Assembly (NCBI GenBank): GCA_014728875.1
Contig: WJKV01000011.1
Location: forward strand, 55 to 24,054
Direction of reading: 5' to 3'
DNA from: Candidatus Woesearchaeota archaeon
Lineage (GTDB): Archaea; Nanobdellota; Nanobdellia; Woesearchaeales; WJKV01
Length of the DNA stretch: 24,000 bases
Shown here: positions 10,001-16,134 of the stretch, piece after piece
Layout: every line of letters starts with the position of its first letter
Numbering within the stretch: the stretch's first letter is position 1
Translations under genes and position numbers: made by a program
The notes under the pieces: generated by a model
Told to the model about the DNA's origin: nothing
The model's input: only the letters and a program-made list of their open reading frames with translations
Database searches by the model: none

Positions 10001-13000
10001 TCTCTTCTGATGATTATGTATTTTATCCTAGAACCCCTTATCTGAGCCTTGCTGATGGCAGCACGTATACTTACTATGTCGGCTGCAGGGACGAGGCAGG
10101 AAATCTCGCAGCACCTTATACTGTCGATATTGAAGTGGATCTGCAGGAGCCTGTAAGAATATTTGATGCAGAACCTGCCGGCCATATCAACAATCTGCCT
10201 GTTGTCAATGCTTATACCTACAGAAATGTGCAGTGCACTTATGATCACGGCACAAAGACCGGTCTGCCGATGAGAACGATAAAAACCAGCAAAGGCTACT
10301 TGCATACCTCTGCACAATTCAGCGGAAATGTCTTGTTCGTCCCTGAAGGAACAGAGACTTCTGTTACTATCGATTGCGGGCAGGGCAGCGGTCTATTGCC
10401 TGCGACAGAAACAGTCCGCTTCACAGTCGACAAAACTTCGCCGAATATTGTTTTAAGCAGTCCTGTGCAGGGTCAGGCAGTAGATGCTGTTGTTGTTGAT
10501 CTGACAGGCAGCACAGAACCGTTAAGCGAGATTGATGTATATGTGAACAAGATATTCCATAGAACAATAAAGACAGAAAGAGAGGATTTCGAAGAAGAGA
10601 TATTTCTTGAGAGAGACGGAAATAATATCATTGATTTGTTTGTTATTGACAAGGCAGGCAACAAGGCATTGAAGACTGTTTCAGTCGATGCAAACGGTCC
10701 GAATCTTGCAGTGAAACAGATTGTGCCTGTCAGCGGAAAAATAGGAGATCTTACAGGCATAGTCGCATCCATAGACGGCGATGATTTCAACGAAGAAATG
10801 AGCGAGTTCACAGTTCTGAGGAACGATATAGAGATCAGCGGAGAGCTGTCGTACTCTCCTGAAAGAAATTCGTGGAAATTTGTGCCTGACCAGGGCTATC
10901 TCTCAGACGGAGACTATCTGATAGCCGCCATTCCTGTAAATGATTTTGGAGAGAAAGGTTTTGGAAAGAGAGCAGAGTTTACAGTCCAGGAGGATGCGCC
11001 GAAGATAGAATGGATTTATCCAGAAAAAGAAAATGGTGTTTTGAGCAGCCGGCTCTTAAAACCCGCGGTTGAGTTCAGCACAATAAGTTCTACTGCGCCT
11101 GTCACGGACGCCGAGGTATACGTGCAGAACAGGATCAGGGACGGCACTGGTTTTGACCGGAAAAGATACAATTTTGCAAGAACAAAAGATGATGCGTTCA
11201 CTTCCAAACTTGACATGGCAGAAGGGATCAATTATCTGCGCATCAAGGCAAGAAATTTGTACGGGGAAACTGATTATCTAAGGGGAGTTTTTGTTGACAC
11301 AGCAGGTCCGAGGGCAAATATAGAACCTAAAGGCACAATAACAATGACCCGGCCGGAGATAACTGCGAAGTTTCAGGAAGATGTCAAACTGAAATATTAC
11401 GACCTGATTGAAGTCGGAAGCATACTGCAGAATCTTACAAGAGGAATGAGCGTGACCAAGAAATCCATGAAAGAATACGTATTTGACATAGGCGCGCAGT
11501 TAAGGAGCGGAACTTATCTGTTCACAATAGGTGTAGAAGATGCGTTAGGCAATCCTGAAGAATCACAGCAGGAATTCGTAGTCAATGTCGGCGAACTGGA
11601 TCTTGAACTGCTGAATCCGAAATATGAAGTTAGTCCAGAGCCTGTGTTTGATTTCAGATTGAAGTCCAACCAGGATGCGAACTGCAGATACAGCCAGATT
11701 TACGATTCCGGCGTTCACACTTCGATATATACTTTCAATGGCCTGTTCGACCAGACAGGCCAAGTTATACATGTTATAGAAAACCTTGATACTATAACTG
11801 CTGAATATCCTGGCTACAAGTCTTTCTATGTGTGGTGCGAAAGCGTTCTGTCCAAGACAATTTCGCAGCCTGTGGAATACAGATTGAGCATTGACGAGAC
11901 AAAGCCTGAGATTATAGATCTGTATGCAGAGCCTGCGCCTGTGACAGAACAACCTCTGCAGACGACATTGTACGTTGAAACTGACGACGAAACAAGATGC
12001 AGATTTGAATGCAATACAGATGTCGTTAACTATAACAGCATGGAGAACGAGTTCTCAGAGGAATTCTCCACCACACACAGTGTGGAAATGAATCTTGTGG
12101 ACAAGACCGATTATGAATGCAATATTGCCTGCATGAACCTGGCTGAGCTTGTATCTGAAACAGAAAAATTAGAATTTAAAGCAGATACAGGCCTGGGGGC
12201 GGGTCTCAGGATAGTCTCTCCTGAACATGACAGTGCGTATCCGCCGGGACCTGTAGAACTATTGATAAAAAGCCAGAATCTTGCACAATGCAGCTATACA
12301 TTGGATGATCTGCCCCCTGTAGAATTCCCTGCGATCAGCCGGCAATTCAACACGACATTTGAAGACCTTTTGGAGGGCGAGCATAATCTTGAAGTGAGCT
12401 GTGTTTACAGCGTTGGAAGCGATACAATAAGCAGCACTTTCTATATTGATGATACTCCGCCGTCTGAAATCTGGGTAGAGGACGGAGACTATGCCTGCAG
12501 CGGCAGCCTGATAAATGTTACCTGGGAGGCGGAAGATCCAGAGAGCGGAATACTAGAATATGAGTATGCAGTGAGGAGCGAGCTTTCAGAGGATTATGAT
12601 GTGCGGAACTTCACAAAGACGAAAGCAACAACAGTGGAAACTCCTTTGCAGAACCTTTCTTCCGGCAGGTATTATTTTGCAGTAAGAGCAAAAAACAGGG
12701 CAGGACTGTGGACAGAATTGATAGAAAGCGACGGCGTCCTGGTTGATGATACTCTGAATATCTGCGCAGAAGAAGCGCCGCCAATAGCACAGTTGCAAGT
12801 AGAAGAACTTGCAGGAAAAACTGTTGTATCTATCGTATGCAGTGATGAGAAAACCGGGTGCGCGCCCGATATGTACTATGGCACATCGCCTGACATGGGT
12901 GCCTGCGAACCCGCTCAGCTTTACAATGGAAGCTTAGAGTTGTATGAAACGCAGCAGTTTTGTTATCTTGTCAGCGATCTTGCTGGAAACGAAGTGACCG

Positions 13001-14499
13001 GAGAAGAGACTATAATTGTACTGCCTGCGGAACTGGTGGGCTGTCCAAACGATCTTGACTGCGACGAGATAATAAATGAAGAGGATCCTGACATTGACGG
13101 CGACGGCATCCTGAATTGTGAAGACGACGATGATGATAACGACGGCATCCTGGACTATGACCTCGCGACTAATTACAATACCGATTTTGATGATGATAAC
13201 GACGGCGTGAATGATGATTTAGATTATCATACAAACAATGATCTTGACCTGGACGGCCTGCCTAACGGCGTGGACGATGATGACGATTGCGACGGAATTA
13301 GTGACTGCGATGATCCTGACGATGACAATGACGGGATATTGGATGTAGATGATCTGGATGACGATAACGACGGTGTTCCTGATGTTGATGATCAAGATTC
13401 AGGAGCTTCCCTGACACCAGATGACGACAACGATCTGGACGATGACGGGATCTCTAATGCAATAGACGAAGACATTGACGGAGACGGGATCCTGAACGAG
13501 GACGACGCTGACATGGACAATGACGGCGTTCCCGACTGCATTGATCAGGACAATGACAATGACGGAATCCTGGACAAGGAAGATCCGGATTACAGCGATG
13601 ATTTTGACGAGGACGGTTTGCCCAACAGGTGGGAGGAACAATACGGTCTGGACAAGGTGAACAGTGCAGATGCAGGCATGGACAACGACAATGACGGTTT
13701 GAAGAATGTAGACGAATTCAAGTTTAAGACAAATCCTTTGAATAAAGACACCGACGAGGACGGGCACACTGATTACGACGAGCTGTTCAAATATGAAGAA
13801 CAGTACGATCCTGCAGATCCTGAGAGCAAACCGCCGAGCAGGTTCCTGTTCTATCTCATACTTGTGATAATCCTTTTAATCGTAGGTTTCATTGGATATT
13901 ATGGTTATCAGATCTTGTATGTCAAACGAAAAGAGAAATTGGCAGCAAAAAGGGCAGAGGAACAAAGAAGATTGAGAGAAGAAGCAAGAAGAAAGGCGGT
14001 GCCGCCTCCGAAGCCGGCAAAGAAGCCAGCCAAAGCAGCAGCGCCTGCGCCCCCTAAACCGAAGAAGCTTTCTCCGCTGGAAAAAAGAATCTTGAAGATG
14101 AAAAGGATCAGGGAGCAGAGACGAAAGGAAAGAGAAGAGATGAGAGATAGACTGTTCGGCAAGTTTGAGACTGCTGAAGAAAAGAAAAAAGAGAAAGAAA
14201 AGGAGAAGAAAGCTGAAAAGAAGCCTGAAGAAAAAGCAGAAAAGAAAGAAAAACCAAAGAAAGCTGAGCTGAAGAAGAAGCCCGCTAAACCTGCAAAACC
14301 TGCCCTGGCTCCAGAGTTCAAGAAACTGAGCCAGATGGTGAAAAAAGGCAGGAAAATAAAGACGATCGCCCAAAAATTAGAAGACTTGAAGATGCCCAAG
14401 AAAAAGGTTGACAGGCTGGGCGAGCTCATAGAAAAAAGAAGAGGCAAAAAAGCCAAGGACAAGTTTGATGAACTTGTTGCGCTCAAGAAAAAGAGATGA
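3976..14499 (+). CDS. Giant (3507 aa) modular cell-surface protein, putative adhesin, type I membrane topology
   Basis: Uninterrupted 10.5 kb ORF. Sec signal MKKRGGKSRVSRSLFLIFLFSLFVISACFVSA|TCC, then multiple beta-sandwich modules, Cys-rich segments and an Asp-rich Ca-binding repeat array. A single C-terminal TM (FLFYLILVIILLIVGFIGYYGYQILYV) is followed by KRKEK, consistent with the positive-inside rule, and a long charged tail. I found no HExxH, GDSGG or other catalytic signature. Confidence 0.92.
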   Translation: MKKRGGKSRVSRSLFLIFLFSLFVISACFVSATCCVNEQTSFTSTAVDVTCIDNLPSTQCFSGFFSNATTCKDVQQCGCCVCNYGSANPTVYKGGDLRVSNNFCAAFCAPYSYNLIPGLTTASCSQQENATGISGYVFDSDGNPVHGAQVTETGGSSDVTDAQGKYSLSVFQQTTTVTASKANVQNNINVNVATKKTGWNITLDLAAVSADLVGKITPLISGVPSPTPLSNVVVTVTDGVNQFATETDVAGEYEFIAIPISDYALTANRCGFFPESAQVSVTAPLTRKDISLRSAPQETLTGVVKDLQNRPVKDADIAISPKRGIVQKSDEQGIYRVTNLDSNCQYTVTATKAPQYQDSSKTKSIYATDPLTTNTLDFVLEPSVMFDFCTDIGDCRGEDLILGTPDDCGCPPNYVCNQLTGNCDRKPTIDCCDYDFLCQPPQARSGVTAQCGSEKETCSNVCAEIINCPADEKLSNQNTDGVCKCAGETVTILQSLADQYGFENTAGKYCCPFSPVSISEVPCEFQQKAAIVGIVVSRIDGEPIDATVTADPNTAGEQSTMSSSVDGSYVLFVDPNIDHTINFKRPPLYEPETRVVRAGNLAVGETFTLDVSLGIVARTCDYPSTPEVPDFVAENVVCKNQARLTWNNEYCRNTDGVQSFIITADNLNKTYVVSPDNDELIIKDLDWNELYSFSIQAKYSDHNSPRTSRAVAVSGFDPGDEECDGRCDSEEFCLDNTKRRMCDQNNHVTTDLLSPNYFPDCEQHQQTTGSDYAFVCIGSGANKRTKCVEQSKCGFDLTNPVPFLGLLFNSLKCSKNPATKNDRGCYMDRSGSVKNFCYPCPDSENITCSDYKSKYACEQNKCLVPEDCIWYSPEFTGMGEGFCVDSDTLSKTKYKQREQMTVNLLNETIKQSKCSLCSKQGKIFNNVGCEQDACSRLGFCYAELDNKNISSCVQCSFTPPVTTCNDFKTEESCISATGENQEFVLFSSSLPESAKYSDDACGIGRCIWDDQRNGCYKDGNGDGQADCVTIEFGVEAFNPICELDIIPPTTTPNSDTLILGNASDRNTVNFTVSEAISNFYYCIYKEGGTRCSVMKKISGTNSNRVKGNVVSVRPVEEFKNAIYKEGNYRIRYYAEDASKNKELLKEVAVFVDTKKPGITIQNQSVCVNCDLQIDCSAEESYLSKLVLSIQSDELVACKAYFIEPGDSLETTTQKSDLMIDIATSGILSYPRAAGASGLEDGNYRLYLQCEDVVGNEFKKQYFFKIDQLKGIKNVKPVGPIKNTAVRFEADTVKPSDCTISVDGGSRIKMDQLAGGRKHALEKNFVENSYHYYNIRCDEKYSITPNRCDSERYEFSIDNSAPATVARINDRLFDEDGWTIFLTDPAILKLYSTDESVKQNRIQFGADHIAYCYREDLLPCVPGQSVNSYRVFADAQSGTAEIKIPVDKNLKMCYHAIDKGGRKETTKCGKILFTVPPSVDLISPVNDYVTNKLHITVNATHDADNATDPLITTFNGEDFIAVAAQLIDSQIYGILTFLFPGLNRVSARVRDGAGVFGEDTVNVYYDKEGPSIQMTSDEVIEYNQPFLLSAEIKDLEWTSIDTADNIGEVTDAVVAIQSPVMSRTYNMTKQGSMWSAYIVPSVDSAGFADFLPGKYSITFNAKDGFGNENSKQYEIEIKDTIPANITIDLLTPNIPLPPFREEDVFYTKERMPVIRVRTTEPAECQLRISSIAPTITEDFVTNDSRTHLFSSQNLLSFSPGKEQRFSAQIVCRDLFAQTTQDTNIVIDYDDVAPNLQIFSSEGKNKIHKKGTVYLLSERNNVGDLSTRISVTDARRGEEIKCGLNCSNRGKSCGTHHQNSVLPVLGEDTFKRVQEEIIDYDLEVDKTGEFNYLLTCTDKAKNAASGEFTILVEKEEPTVNLTLPTIGPEPGINLQSADTGSPVIADIGARTIYNKLGVIADSQRENYKKFIIVDGKSGNTIPVQLIADVSERTVCRYSTSMQDFNQMQNRFSSDDYVFYPRTPYLSLADGSTYTYYVGCRDEAGNLAAPYTVDIEVDLQEPVRIFDAEPAGHINNLPVVNAYTYRNVQCTYDHGTKTGLPMRTIKTSKGYLHTSAQFSGNVLFVPEGTETSVTIDCGQGSGLLPATETVRFTVDKTSPNIVLSSPVQGQAVDAVVVDLTGSTEPLSEIDVYVNKIFHRTIKTEREDFEEEIFLERDGNNIIDLFVIDKAGNKALKTVSVDANGPNLAVKQIVPVSGKIGDLTGIVASIDGDDFNEEMSEFTVLRNDIEISGELSYSPERNSWKFVPDQGYLSDGDYLIAAIPVNDFGEKGFGKRAEFTVQEDAPKIEWIYPEKENGVLSSRLLKPAVEFSTISSTAPVTDAEVYVQNRIRDGTGFDRKRYNFARTKDDAFTSKLDMAEGINYLRIKARNLYGETDYLRGVFVDTAGPRANIEPKGTITMTRPEITAKFQEDVKLKYYDLIEVGSILQNLTRGMSVTKKSMKEYVFDIGAQLRSGTYLFTIGVEDALGNPEESQQEFVVNVGELDLELLNPKYEVSPEPVFDFRLKSNQDANCRYSQIYDSGVHTSIYTFNGLFDQTGQVIHVIENLDTITAEYPGYKSFYVWCESVLSKTISQPVEYRLSIDETKPEIIDLYAEPAPVTEQPLQTTLYVETDDETRCRFECNTDVVNYNSMENEFSEEFSTTHSVEMNLVDKTDYECNIACMNLAELVSETEKLEFKADTGLGAGLRIVSPEHDSAYPPGPVELLIKSQNLAQCSYTLDDLPPVEFPAISRQFNTTFEDLLEGEHNLEVSCVYSVGSDTISSTFYIDDTPPSEIWVEDGDYACSGSLINVTWEAEDPESGILEYEYAVRSELSEDYDVRNFTKTKATTVETPLQNLSSGRYYFAVRAKNRAGLWTELIESDGVLVDDTLNICAEEAPPIAQLQVEELAGKTVVSIVCSDEKTGCAPDMYYGTSPDMGACEPAQLYNGSLELYETQQFCYLVSDLAGNEVTGEETIIVLPAELVGCPNDLDCDEIINEEDPDIDGDGILNCEDDDDDNDGILDYDLATNYNTDFDDDNDGVNDDLDYHTNNDLDLDGLPNGVDDDDDCDGISDCDDPDDDNDGILDVDDLDDDNDGVPDVDDQDSGASLTPDDDNDLDDDGISNAIDEDIDGDGILNEDDADMDNDGVPDCIDQDNDNDGILDKEDPDYSDDFDEDGLPNRWEEQYGLDKVNSADAGMDNDNDGLKNVDEFKFKTNPLNKDTDEDGHTDYDELFKYEEQYDPADPESKPPSRFLFYLILVIILLIVGFIGYYGYQILYVKRKEKLAAKRAEEQRRLREEARRKAVPPPKPAKKPAKAAAPAPPKPKKLSPLEKRILKMKRIREQRRKEREEMRDRLFGKFETAEEKKKEKEKEKKAEKKPEEKAEKKEKPKKAELKKKPAKPAKPALAPEFKKLSQMVKKGRKIKTIAQKLEDLKMPKKKVDRLGELIEKRRGKKAKDKFDELVALKKKR
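4072..4371 (+). other. Cys-rich N-terminal head domain
   Basis: TCCVNEQ...VTCIDNLPSTQCFSGFFSNATTCKDVQQCGCCVCNYG...FCAAFCAP...ASCSQQ: many Cys within about 100 aa directly after the signal peptide. Confidence 0.5.
4372..5130 (+). repeat. Three tandem CarboxypepD_reg-like beta-sandwich modules
   Basis: ISGYVFDSDGNPVHGAQVTETGGSSDVTDAQGKYSLSV; LVGKITP...LSNVVVTVTDGVNQFATETDVAGEYEFIAIP; LTGVVKDLQNRPVKDADIAISPKRGIVQKSDEQGIYRVTNL. Each fits the family signature G-x-V-x-D-x-x-G-x-P-[IV]-x-x-A-x-[IV]...[TS]D-x-x-G-x-[YF]. Confidence 0.65.
5131..5565 (+). other. Cys-rich linker/knot segment
   Basis: FDFCTDIGDCRGEDLILGTPDDCGCPPNYVCNQLTGNCDRKPTIDCCDYDFLCQPP...QCGSEKETCSNVCAEIINCPADE...GVCKCAGE...KYCCPF...VPCEF. 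Confidence 0.5.
5566..5830 (+). other. Fourth CarboxypepD_reg-like module
   Basis: IVGIVVSRIDGEPIDATVTADPNTAGEQSTMSSSVDGSYVLFV matches the same signature as the modules at 4372..5130. Confidence 0.55.
5845..6120 (+). other. Fibronectin type III-like module
   Basis: PEVPDFVAENVVCKNQARLTWNNE...VQSFIITADNLNKTYVVSPDNDELIIKDLDWNELYSFSIQAKYSDHNSP shows the classic FN3 landmarks: P at the start, LxW, Y-x-[FV]-x-[IV]-x-A. Confidence 0.55.
6139..7098 (+). other. Extended Cys-rich region (31 Cys in about 320 aa by my count) with an internal duplicated motif
   Basis: ECDGRCDSEEFC...MCDQ... through ...NPIC. Two copies of a [IT]TC-x-D-[YF]-K-x(4)-C...C-I-W motif: ITCSDYKSKYACEQNKCLVPEDCIW (about 6508..6590) and TTCNDFKTEESCISATG...ACGIGRCIW (about 6862..7010). 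Confidence 0.5.
7110..12456 (+). repeat. About 16 divergent Ig-like beta-sandwich modules (roughly 90-200 aa each)
   Basis: A boundary motif hydrophobic-x-[IV]-[DE]-x(2,3)-P-x-[IV] recurs at about 7420 (VFVDTKKPGITI), 8035 (FSIDNSAPATV), 8660 (VYYDKEGPSIQM), 8995 (IEIKDTIPANITI), 9322 (IVIDYDDVAPNLQI), 9700 (ILVEKEEPTVNL), 10420 (FTVDKTSPNIVL), 10680 (VSVDANGPNLAV), 10978 (FTVQEDAPKIEW), 11288 (VFVDTAGPRANI), 11883 (LSIDETKPEIIDL) and 12440 (FYIDDTPPSEIWV). Weaker boundaries are at about 8400, 10125, 11575 and 12170. Many modules also carry an early C-[RQST]-[YFL] and a late Y-x-[YFL]-x-[VIA]-x-C-x-D-x-x-G-N pair. Confidence 0.6.
12457..12750 (+). other. FN3/Ig-like module with W-x-A-x-D-x-x-SGI-x-x-Y signature
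   Basis: PPSEIWVEDGDYACSGSLINVTWEAEDPESGILEYEYAVRSE...LSSGRYYFAVRAKNRAGLWTELIESDGVLVDD. Confidence 0.55.
13042..13788 (+). repeat. Thrombospondin type 3-like Asp-rich Ca-binding repeat array (about 14 D-x-D-x-D-G-x-x-[DN] units)
   Basis: DPDIDGDGILNCED, DDDNDGILDYD, DDDNDGVNDDLD, DLDLDGLPNGVDDD, DDCDGISDCDD, DDDNDGILDVDD, DDDNDGVPDVDD, DDDNDLDDDGISNAIDE, DIDGDGILNEDD, DMDNDGVPDCID, DNDNDGILDKED, DFDEDGLPNRWEEQYGLD, DNDNDGLKNVDEFKFKTNPLNKD, DTDEDGHTDYDELF. At the DNA level there are repeated GAYGAYGAYAAYGACGG units. Confidence 0.75.
13843..13923 (+). other. C-terminal transmembrane anchor of the giant protein
   Basis: FLFYLILVIILLIVGFIGYYGYQILYV is 27 uncharged hydrophobic residues, followed immediately by KRKEK. 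Confidence 0.75.
13924..14496 (+). other. About 190-aa Lys/Glu/Arg/Ala/Pro-rich low-complexity cytoplasmic tail (histone H1/AKP-repeat-like composition)
   Basis: KRKEKLAAKRAEEQRRLREEARRKAVPPPKPAKKPAKAAAPAPPKPKK...EEKKKEKEKEKKAEKKPEEKAEKKEKPKKAELKKKPAKPAKPALAP...KRRGKKAKDKFDELVALKKKR. The DNA at about 14175..14285 is a strongly purine-rich tract on the + strand. Confidence 0.7.
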
Positions 14500-14505
14500 A
14501 TTAAG

Positions 14506-15021
14506 ATGATTTTCAAGAAAAAAAGAGGTCAGATAGAAGCAAGGATTGTGATATATGTATTGGCAGTGTTCATAGCAGGGACAATCTTGATCTATGGGTA
14601 TACTGTCATCAAAGGGCTGGTAGGAACCCAGGAAGATATACTTTTGCTGACTTTCAAGGAGGACTTAAAGGCAAAAGTCGAAGAAAAGTCGTACGAATTC
14701 AGGTCTAGCGAGAAACTGACTTTCACACTGCCCAAGAAATATACGTCTGTATGCTATGGGGATGTGCGCAGGCTGGCCGACAACCAGTATCTTATAAACC
14801 TGATGCCGCCGGGCCTGACCCTGATAAAGGACAGTTTTTCAGACAGTGTGCCGTATAATTTCTTTTTGATGGAAAGAGGCCTTATAATGAGAGATGCGTT
14901 CCATGTCGGAGATCTTTTCATTCCTGACAATTTTGAATGTGTCAATGTTACTGATGGACAATTGAACCTGCAGTTCACTGCGCAGGGCAGGCAGGGCGTG
15001 CAGATAAACAGGTGGGACTAG
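14506..15021 (+). CDS. Class III signal-peptide (type IV pilin-like) protein, 171 aa
   Basis: MIFKKKRG|QIEARIVIYVLAVFIAGTILIYGY: short basic prepeptide, G at -1, Q at +1, then about 20 hydrophobic residues. The ATG is 6 nt after the giant gene stop. Confidence 0.8.
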   Translation: MIFKKKRGQIEARIVIYVLAVFIAGTILIYGYTVIKGLVGTQEDILLLTFKEDLKAKVEEKSYEFRSSEKLTFTLPKKYTSVCYGDVRRLADNQYLINLMPPGLTLIKDSFSDSVPYNFFLMERGLIMRDAFHVGDLFIPDNFECVNVTDGQLNLQFTAQGRQGVQINRWD

Positions 15022-16107
15022 ATGAGACGCAGCTTGTATAAAAGAAAAAAGCAGAACAAGAAAGGCGCAATAGAAGTACAGATGAACTGGATATTCATCG
15101 CGATAATAGGCTGTATCATTCTGCTTTTCTTTGTCACTGTCGCTGTAAAACAGAGATCTGCGTCCCAGCAAAGACTGATCGGAGAAGTTGTAAAGGATCT
15201 GGACAGCTATATCTCGGGCGCGTTATCTTCCACACAGGCAGCCACTGTCATTCCTATCCCTGATTTCGAGGTGCAATTTGACTGCAATGAGTACAGGATA
15301 GAGAAGCAAAGAAATCTCCTGGAGAACAGGGTTGTCTTTGCGACAGACAGCGTCTCGCCGGAAGACAGACAGCTTGTTGTGTGGAGCCTGCCGTGGAACA
15401 TCCCTTATCTTGTGACAAATTTTCTTTATGTCACTGGCCCCGGCGTAAAATATGTTTTTGCATATAAACAGAGCCAGGAGCCAAATTATAAGGAATTTTG
15501 TGAGGAATTAATAACAGACAAGATTGACAAGGAAATTGTATACATCCAGGAAGATGGGACAATAGATTTTGCAAATGAGAACAATTACAAGCTCAAGATT
15601 GTCGTGCTCGGCGGCCACCAGGTCACGCCTCCTGCTTTTGCATATAACGAGAAGACCACGATTCTTATTGTTTCGCCGTTCGACAGGACGCAAAAATATC
15701 CAATCGGCAATCTTGAATATTACCAGTACGGAAAAGAAACAAGAAATTTTGAAAAGGAAGGAGAAACATTGACTTTTATCGGGATCCCTTCCCTGGTCGG
15801 CGCGATCTTTTCTGACAGTTATGAGAATTACAACTGCTTGATGGAAAAAGCTGTAAGAAACCTTAATGTTGTCAATACTATCCTGATAGAAAAGGTTAAT
15901 CTGCTGTCGAGCAAGACAACAGAAAAAGTCGCAGGATGCAGCATATTTTATGGTGATGTGGAATTAGAGCATCTGAGCAGGATGAACAATGCAACCCGAT
16001 ATCCAGAAAGATGGACGGAAAATGCGGGAAAGATAATCAATACCGCGAACCTGCTCGACATACGGAATGAGATAATAGAACAGCAGTCATGTCCGTTGCT
16101 GTATTAA
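15022..16107 (+). CDS. Class III signal-peptide protein, 361 aa, large unknown ectodomain
   Basis: MRRSLYKRKKQNKKG|AIEVQMNWIFIAIIGCIILLFFVTVAV. The ATG abuts the preceding TAG (15019..15021). AGGTGGG SD-like motif is 6 nt upstream. Confidence 0.8.
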   Translation: MRRSLYKRKKQNKKGAIEVQMNWIFIAIIGCIILLFFVTVAVKQRSASQQRLIGEVVKDLDSYISGALSSTQAATVIPIPDFEVQFDCNEYRIEKQRNLLENRVVFATDSVSPEDRQLVVWSLPWNIPYLVTNFLYVTGPGVKYVFAYKQSQEPNYKEFCEELITDKIDKEIVYIQEDGTIDFANENNYKLKIVVLGGHQVTPPAFAYNEKTTILIVSPFDRTQKYPIGNLEYYQYGKETRNFEKEGETLTFIGIPSLVGAIFSDSYENYNCLMEKAVRNLNVVNTILIEKVNLLSSKTTEKVAGCSIFYGDVELEHLSRMNNATRYPERWTENAGKIINTANLLDIRNEIIEQQSCPLLY

Positions 16108-16134
16108 GCAGAAAGGAAATTTAAAAAATCCAAG

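Noticed and set aside
13042-13788. Asp-codon repeats as a DNA-level tandem repeat, CRISPR-like or satellite element
   Set aside because: The units are imperfect, in frame and translate to canonical D-x-D-x-D-G Ca-binding loops. There is no spacer-repeat regularity. This is a protein-level repeat.
3976-14499. Giant protein as an enzymatic SPEARE-like effector, toxin or S-layer protein
   Set aside because: I could find no protease, nuclease or ATPase motif. The C-terminal TM plus cytoplasmic tail and the heterogeneous modules fit an anchored adhesin better than a lattice-forming S-layer subunit. This remains open pending HMM or structure searches.
3939-14516. Many minus-strand and off-frame ORFs inside the giant gene, e.g. 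5053..5649, 5454..5831, 6502..6918, 9898..10317, 13399..13767, 13876..14373, 13908..14516
   Set aside because: All are nested in a 10.5 kb uninterrupted + strand ORF with clear domain content. The two largest (13876..14373 and 13908..14516) are F/L/S-rich mirror images of the purine-rich Lys/Glu tail. 13399..13767 is the V/I-rich antisense of the Asp repeats.
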